The translations under genes and the position numbers were made by a program. A stretch of DNA of 64,000 bases from assembly GCA_951406725.2 (NCBI GenBank), contig OX597824.1:74834001-74898000 (forward strand), given 5' to 3'. Shown here in pieces: positions 56,785-64,000 of this stretch. The first letter of the stretch is position 1. Every line of letters starts with the position of its first letter. This DNA comes from Octopus vulgaris (taxonomy: Eukaryota). Below the pieces are notes generated by a model. That model was given only the letters and a program-made list of their open reading frames with translations, was not told the DNA's origin and searched no databases.

Positions 56785-57154
56785 TAGCAGTATCGCCCGG
56801 CGTTGCTCGGGTTTGTAAGGGAAATAACTATAAAGCATTTTTAGAGAGTTATAGCCAAAAAATGGAAAAAAAATGATGGTAATTTTTTTTTTTAGTTAAA
56901 AAGGTCGAGTTGCGTCCCCTAGACAGTCTGTGGTTTGTGTTTCTGATTCTCGACCCCATGTCGAATTTATCGATTTTTTCAGAACTGGAGGAACTTTTCA
57001 AAATTTTCGCTGCGTTAGTTTTGAATTATGACATTGGGCTATGTGTGTGTCAAGTTTCATCAGAATCGGTTGAAAGCCGTGGTCAGGGTGAGGATACAAC
57101 CTAACAGACACACAGAAACACACACAGACAAACTGCCCTTTATATATAGAGAGA
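56784..57154 (-). mobile_element. Non-autonomous Helitron (371 bp)
   Basis: TC(TCTCTATATATAAAG) start, same hairpin and CTAG end as 758-1056, A/T flanks. Confidence 0.8.
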
Positions 57155-57367
57155 TATACTTGGGCCTTGAATATATGGTTAGTAGTGTGTCGATTAAAGC
57201 ACTTCCACCGTTGAGGCTACCTGATGTCATCCACAGTTATATCGTTGGATCCATGTCAGAAATTCCGCAGTGTTCGCTGACTTTATAATGAATGAGGTTA
57301 ACGGAAAATGGAGTTGAATAAAGATTATTGCCAACTCCATTTTCCAATTTCCTCATCATTGTGTATA

Positions 57368-57403
<36 letters not shown>

Positions 57404-57779
57404 TGCATGTATGTATGTATGTATGTATGTATGTATGTATGTATGTATGTATGTATGTATGTATGTATGTATGTATGCATGCATGTATTTATTCATCAGC
57501 CATACCTCGAGTTCTGTCTCAAAGGTTTCCTTAACCGTCAGCTGTGCCGGATGTTCACCCTTCTCCATTTCATGCGCTCTCCTGTTTGTTCCTTATTTCC
57601 ACACCTCCTACTCTACCTTCAACCCTCACAGTTCCCCTTCTACTCCTCCGCCTTCAATATCGCTTTCACCGCTAACCGCAGCACTCACCTGTCAGCTATT
57701 GCAAACCGTTTTCTTTAATGCGCGCCAATATAACTAAATATATATTTAAATATAGAAAGAAAGCGATTGCCTGCATGGA

Positions 57780-58810
57780 ATTTTCCATGACGTCAGTACA
57801 CCAAAGCTATTTCAGTTGCCATCAATAAATAGTAAGACTTGGTCTCTTTAGAAAAATGATTGAACATTTTATCCACTAGATGGCGTAGAGAGCTGTATAA
57901 TCTATAAAGTGAAGTGCATATCTCTTCTGCTGTATTGTGGACCATTTTTTTCACCGCCAGCAATGATTATGAGTTGGCCAATGTTAGAAGGGAATTAAGT
58001 GATTTCTGGCAGCGGCGGTGGCGGTAGCGGCAGTGGCGGTAGCGGCGGCGGCAACATCACCAGCGGCGACGGCGGCAACGATGGTGGTGGTGGAGGAAGA
58101 GAGGGAAAAAGGAGAGAGAGGGAGGGGAACGAGAAGGTTAAAGAACGTAAATAGAAACTGAAGCATAGCAATAGAACTGAATGAAGGTAAGACAAAACGG
58201 GTGGAGACGTGATGAACTAATGCATTCACAATTGTGACCTAGCTTCCTCAATCGTTCACTGAATCGACGGCCATTTTTATTGATTTCTTTCTCACCCTCT
58301 TACCACCTCCCTATCTCTTCATTTTTCCTCATTCTCTCCCCCTCACTCACTCTTCTTTATTTATTTATTTATGTATTTATTTATTTTTTGTCTCGTTTTT
58401 CTTTCCTTTTAGTTTCCATTCTTTCTATGATTTCAGAATGAACGAAGAAAGAACAGAACGAAGAAAAGGGAAAAGAAAGAGCAATAAGTGTTCTTAAGAT
58501 CTTGTGCAAGCTCATTTGTTCACTTGCACACATATAACCGCCTTAAAATGCCTACAACGAAGGGAGAAAAATGACAGAATCGTGTAAGAAAGATTCCAAT
58601 GGCGGCGCTTATTCTGACGATGTCGTTCACATTAACGCCGACATTTGGCGCCCGTGTTAACGTTAGTATGTGTTAGTATTTCTTTCCGGTGCTGATGCTG
58701 GTGTAGTTGATCCACCTCTAATGAATTTGTACATCAAAAGTTTCCGAAAATTATAAGCTTTTCACATCGTCTCATTCCAACTCGACTCTGGTCGCCATTT
58801 TACCTTTGTC
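57780..58810. promoter_or_regulatory. Promoter/insulator-like non-repetitive segment
   Basis: TGACGTCA 57788-57795; CCACTAGATGGCG 57873-57885; YY1-like GCCATTTT at ~58270 and ~58794; GC-rich (GCG)n-like tract. Confidence 0.3.
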
Positions 58811-59413
58811 TTTTGTTCTCTTTCTTTTCTTTCCTGTTCTCGCTGCCACGCCACCTTCTCTACAACTGCACTCACCGTTCATATACATCGCCGTTTCTTT
58901 CCCTTCCCCAGCCGTCCTCTTTCTATTCAGGTTCTGATTATTCTAGAAGCTTTACTTTTTTGTATTCCAGTCTTCATTATCGTCTTTGATTTCTCCCAGC
59001 TTCAGTTCGTACACATTGTTTGAATATTTTTCCTTCTTTTCATTCCTTCACCTCTTTGTTTGTTTTGTTTTTGTCTTGTTTCTTTTTGCTTATATTTTGT
59101 TTTTATTTCTATTTTTTATTTTTCTGTTCTTTCTATTTTTCTTTTCTCTTTCATTTTTCCTGTGAAACATCGGCGAAATGAAATAAACAAATGAACGTTA
59201 ATGTATAGCCTGGTAAATTCATCTTTTGATTCGCGGGATGGGGGTTGGGAATGGGAGAATCGATTTGCCTGGCTTAAAACCTCTGAAGCAAGGCTATAAT
59301 GAATAGCTTGCAGTTGTTAAGTATGAGAAACAAAGCCTCTAATACAAATAATAACAATGGCAACAAGATTAACAAAGACGACGACGACAATAACAACAAC
59401 AACGACGACGACA

Positions 59414-59457
<44 letters not shown>

Positions 59458-61121
59458 AAACAAATATCCTCTTCTATAAATAGATCTAATGCTAGTTTTT
59501 AAACAATAGGAAACTACCGATTTTCCAGCGGTTGATTCATTAGCTTGCAAAATCCCAAGTATATTGGCAGCCATATAATTTCCGATAACAACTCGGGTAT
59601 CGAAAATATTGCTTCATAACCTACGTAACCCGGCAGGAACCGTCTTTGCACAACGTCTTCTATTTACAAATCTTAGGTTTATGCTAAAGAAGAAGACGAA
59701 GAAGGAGGAGAGGGAGAAGAAGAAGGAGGAGGAGGAGGGTTGGGGAGAAGGAGGAGGAGGAGTAAAAAGAGGAAAGAAACAAACAAACAAAAATCTTTTG
59801 TTGTAATGGAATTTTTTTTTCTTCTTCAGGCATTTAATCATCTAATTTCAGCAATCTGCGACTTCTTGTCTGTTCCTCTTTCAGCATCTGGCTTTCACTT
59901 CTTTTCTCTCCCATTTTTTCTATATATACATGTGTGTGTGTGTATATATATATGTATACATATATGTATGCATGTATGTATGTATGTATGTATGTATGTA
60001 TGTATGCATGCATGTATGTACGTATGTATGTATGCATGTATGTATGTATGCATGCATGTATGTATATATGGTTGTATGTATGCATGCATGTATGCATGCA
60101 TGTATGTATGTATGTACGTATGTATGTATGAATGTAGGCATGTATGTACATACGTACGTACATATGTATGTATGCATGTATGTATGTGTGCATATGTATG
60201 TGTATATGTATGCATATTTGTATGTACATGTATGTGTGTTTATGTATGTATGCATGTATGTATGTATATATGTGTGCCTATGTGGGCATATATATATATA
60301 CATATGTGCATATGTATGTGTGTTCAAGTGTGTAAAATATCATTTCAAAGAGTTCCCGTCCGTCATCAGGTATCATGTGCATGTACATACGGAGGGAAGC
60401 CCCAAGCTACCGATTTACTGCTAGAAACAACAACCCAGTCTTCCTTATAGTTTTAAATAAAGAGTAATGCAGCTCGAGACCTACTCCTTGATGAAATTCA
60501 GAGGCGCCGACTGAATCTTACACATTTCTATATCCAACACCGATACCAATGTATTAAAGAGTGTAACGAAACATTATTTTATTTCGTGCCTTCTGAGTTA
60601 AGAAACACAAAAATGAAATTTTCCATGTAACCATAGACGGAACAGATTTAAGGTTTGATCGGATCATGAAGCCTCCATTCATGAGGTTTGATCGTGTCAT
60701 GTAGCCTAACATAAGATTTTGTAGACATGACGGTCTTGACCTATCCAGTTACATGAACGAACTAGACAGTGAAAAAAAAAACCAACTAAAAAAAATAGAT
60801 ATGAATGATGGCTTTTAAAAAGTTAGAGTTAACAGCTGCGATAAATACAAATCTGAATGCTGTAAATTTCAGAGGAAACTTAGCACATGTAATGGCTTCT
60901 CTTACTGTAAGCCAAGAAGAAAATATATACATAAATAGGATCTCCAAAAACCTACACACATACATGAAGCACATGTAACAGAATGAAAGGTCTGTAGCAC
61001 TGGAGGGTTGCAGGTCCCATCCCTTACATTAAATTATTTGTCGAAGGAAAAACCAAGACTTCGAATATCTTCAACAGCACAAATATTTTTATTTTTCTGG
61101 ATTCGCAATAATATATATATA

Positions 61122-61149
<28 letters not shown>

Positions 61150-61162
<13 letters not shown>

Positions 61163-61367
61163 TTAGAGACAAAACCACTATTTTGCAAAACAAACAAGGA
61201 AAGACTTAATCAATACATAACATTTTAATAAAAAGTAAAAAATAAAAAATAAAAAGTAAAAAATAAAAAGTACTTTTTTTACTTTTTATTAAAATTTTAT
61301 GTATTGATTAAGTCTTTCCTTGTTTGTTTTGCAAAATAGTGGTTTTGTCTCTAATTAATATTATATA
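61150..61367. repeat. ~90-bp-arm inverted repeat between (TA)n tracts
   Basis: 61150-61242 is the near-perfect reverse complement of 61275-61367. Confidence 0.9.
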
Positions 61368-61442
61368 ATATTTTACTATAAAATTGGATTTAATCCTAAA
61401 TCTGATTTTTTCCCTGTAAATTTGGATTTATTCCCTAATATT

Positions 61443-61484
<42 letters not shown>

Positions 61485-61569
61485 CCTGCTGAGTGACCCG
61501 GTAGCCATGGAGCTAGTCACAGTAGTTAAGTGGTGTGAACCAAATCATGTCTCGTTCCAGCATAGTGTA

Positions 61570-61760
61570 GCATCGCCACATGGTGGCAGCTTGGGAGAAC
61601 TGTGAGAACGCGTCCGTTCTATTTGACTGTCAGCTTCGAGAGAGATCGATACGCGGGAAGTTTTGCTGCTGCTAGTTCTCTGCGCATGCGCTTGAGGGAA
61701 CTTCCGGCAGGCCTCCCGGATGAATCCAACACTGCACATGCGCGCTGAAAACTTCCAAAA
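61570..61760. promoter_or_regulatory. Cluster of NRF1/ETS/CTCF-like motifs
   Basis: TGCGCATGCGC 61681-61691; ACTTCCGG 61700-61707; CGGGAAGT ~61654; GCCACATGGTGGC 61575-61587. Confidence 0.3.
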
Positions 61761-61830
61761 TGCTGTCACTACACACATGACAAACAGTATTGGCAGAGGC
61801 ACATCCACCGATCATCGAAGAGAAGAATAT

Positions 61831-61872
<42 letters not shown>

Positions 61873-62224
61873 CTTCATATTAGTTTTAATGTATTCGTAT
61901 ATGTTATCACAACGTTTCTTACATTGATTTGAGCAAACTTCTTTATTTCGAGCAGGTATTAAAAAGTTTCCAATAAGAATTTTGTGTGGACAATTATATT
62001 TGTATGGATAACCTAGGACAATACATACAATTCTAATCACAACAAATAATTTATAATCACCTTTACAAACACAATAAAATGTCTATTAACACCACACAAA
62101 CAATCCAACCCAGATGCAATTACAGAGACACAACTTGATCTCTTTATATAGAAAATGGCTGTCAAAATAGATGGTAAAAAGAGCAGATTTATAATTGGAA
62201 ATATTCATTAAAAATTTGTCAGAC

Positions 62225-62277
62225 TTCTTTCTTCTTCTTCTTCTTCTTCTTCTTCTTCTTCTTCTTCTTCTTCTTCT

Positions 62278-62357
<80 letters not shown>

Positions 62358-62533
62358 CTCTTCCTCTTCTTCTTCTTCTTCTTCTTCTCCCCAACCTTCT
62401 TCTTCCTCCTCCTCCTCCTCCTCCTCCTCCTTCTTCTTCTTCTTCTTCTTCTTTTTCTTCTTCTTCTCCCCACCTCCTCTTCCTCCTCCTCCTCCTCCTC
62501 CTCCTCCTCCTCCCCCTTCTTCGTCTTCTTCTT
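62225..62533 (+). repeat. (CTT)/(CCT) microsatellite
   Basis: Direct inspection. Confidence 0.95.
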
Positions 62534-62534
62534 T

Positions 62535-63040
62535 AGCATAAACTTGGCAGACACGCGTCTCTTGCTCAAATCTTTAGTGATAATGGACTGAACTGATATT
62601 CCATATCCTCTGATAACTCACAGATGGTAATTCGACGTTTTCCCCTCACAGCTGCACGCACATCTGCTATGTTTTTTTTCTCAGTCATGCTGGTTGAGAG
62701 TCTTCCAGAACGTTCGTTCCTATCAACATTTTTTTCGGCCATCTTGGAAACGACCGAAACACTCGTACACTTGTGTGCGGCTCATGTACTCCTCTCCATA
62801 CTCTTTTTGCAACTTTGCGTAGGTCTCTGGACAGGTATTACCACGACACATGACATGTCAATGCACATGACACATCTTCCCTCCAAGCACTGCTGTAAAC
62901 AGTGGAGGTGAGATAGAATATCAAAAGTTACTGCGCATGCACAGCATAGTCCAAGGTCATTCACTGCCAAGCGGCTTTACTCTGCGTGCTTTATCTTCGT
63001 TACTATAGTAACAGTCCGGATACTTATTGATCAGACCTTG
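62535..63040 (-). mobile_element. Mariner 5' fragment (TIR plus HTH region)
   Basis: Terminus CAAGGTCTGATCAATAAGTATCCGGACT next to TA; remnants NVDRNERSGR, ENRRITI, SVQSIITKDL, RRVSAKF. Confidence 0.75.
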
Positions 63041-63077
<37 letters not shown>

Positions 63078-63079
<2 letters not shown>

Positions 63080-63322
63080 AAGCGCGTGGCTTAGTGGTTA
63101 GGGTGTCAGCATCATGATCGTAAGATTGTGGTTTCGATTCCTGGACCGGGCGACGCGTTGTGTCCTTGAGCAAAACATTTCATTTCATGTTGCTCCAGTC
63201 CACTCAGCTGGCAAAAATGAGTAACGCTGCGATGGACTGGCGTCCCGTCCAGCTGGGGAACATATACGCCATAGAAACCGGGAAACCGGGCCCATGAGCT
63301 TGGCTAGGCTTTAAAAGGGCGC
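63078..63322 (+). mobile_element. tRNA-derived SINE, family C-related
   Basis: A box TGGCTTAGTGG, B box GGTTTCGATTCC; tail shared with the 46489 copy. Confidence 0.8.
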
Positions 63323-64000
63323 ATTTATTTATTTGTATATATATATAATGTATTGCAGAAATCTTTTTATAAATTTCCTTAGGAATATAAGCCAAACTGA
63401 TGTTGAATTCATGAGTCGAAACGTCTATGTGCAAATAATTTTGACTAAATAGATTAGTTTTGCCATTGTTTTTCAGATTTTCTGAAAATTTTATAAAGAG
63501 AGCTAACTTCAAAATCTGATGAGAAAATATATTTTCTGTTTCAATGAAGAGTTGAATACAAATTTGGATATATTAACGACAAAGAATTTCGGTTTAATCT
63601 CAAATAGGCTTATGTTTTTTTCCATGTGGCAATATCTTGTAAGTGTCTTTGATAAAAAACAGTTGTTCATGAATAAACAACTGAAAAAGATGAAAACTAG
63701 TGACTATTGTAACCTGATAAACTGCTCTGTCTTTTTAGCAATAAGAGAGATCTATTTACGCAATGAACTACAGTTTCTATGTCGGACGAGTAATATAAGC
63801 GTGTTGTTAATTTCTTTCTTCTTCAGCCTCCAAAGATATATGGACAGTGTGGTTGATTTTCCAATATCTATGCATCATAAGGAATGCATATGTTGAATAT
63901 GCCTTATCTTGAATGTGTCTTCAGTGAGACAGACTCCATTATTATTTTTGTCATTTGTAGACGGTAGCTTTGCGCCGCAGTTCACAAGAGACTTTTGTGG

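Noticed and set aside
57984-58229. Poly-Ala/poly-Pro ORFs resembling a transcription factor exon
   Set aside because: Low-complexity GCG tract, no recognisable domain or supported splice structure
60335-60375. CTGATGA...GAAA on the minus strand
   Set aside because: Stems I-III do not pair convincingly
63810-63960. Polypyrimidine-AG acceptor suggesting an exon
   Set aside because: Stops in all three frames within ~85 bp and no recognisable protein motif

Overview
AT-rich, repeat-saturated eukaryotic (animal) non-coding DNA. The repeat repertoire looks like an octopod cephalopod genome; this is pattern recognition, not verified. No host protein-coding exon, rRNA, true tRNA or CRISPR array could be supported, and most listed ORFs are microsatellite artefacts. 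The window is a mosaic of three tRNA-derived SINE families (here A, B, C), decayed LINEs (an RTE with three C-terminal C2H2 zinc fingers, R4/Dong-type elements in TAA/TAG arrays, a Penelope GIY-YIG fragment), DNA transposons (full-length DD36E Tc1-like, maT-like and mariner fragments, a hAT MITE, non-autonomous Helitrons) and long microsatellites. The most notable unexplained signals are a dispersed set of minimal hammerhead-ribozyme-like motifs in short (TA)n-associated inserts, small elements that appear to target microsatellites, SINE-derived tandem arrays, several fold-back structures and two promoter-like motif clusters. No wholly new system is demonstrable from sequence alone.
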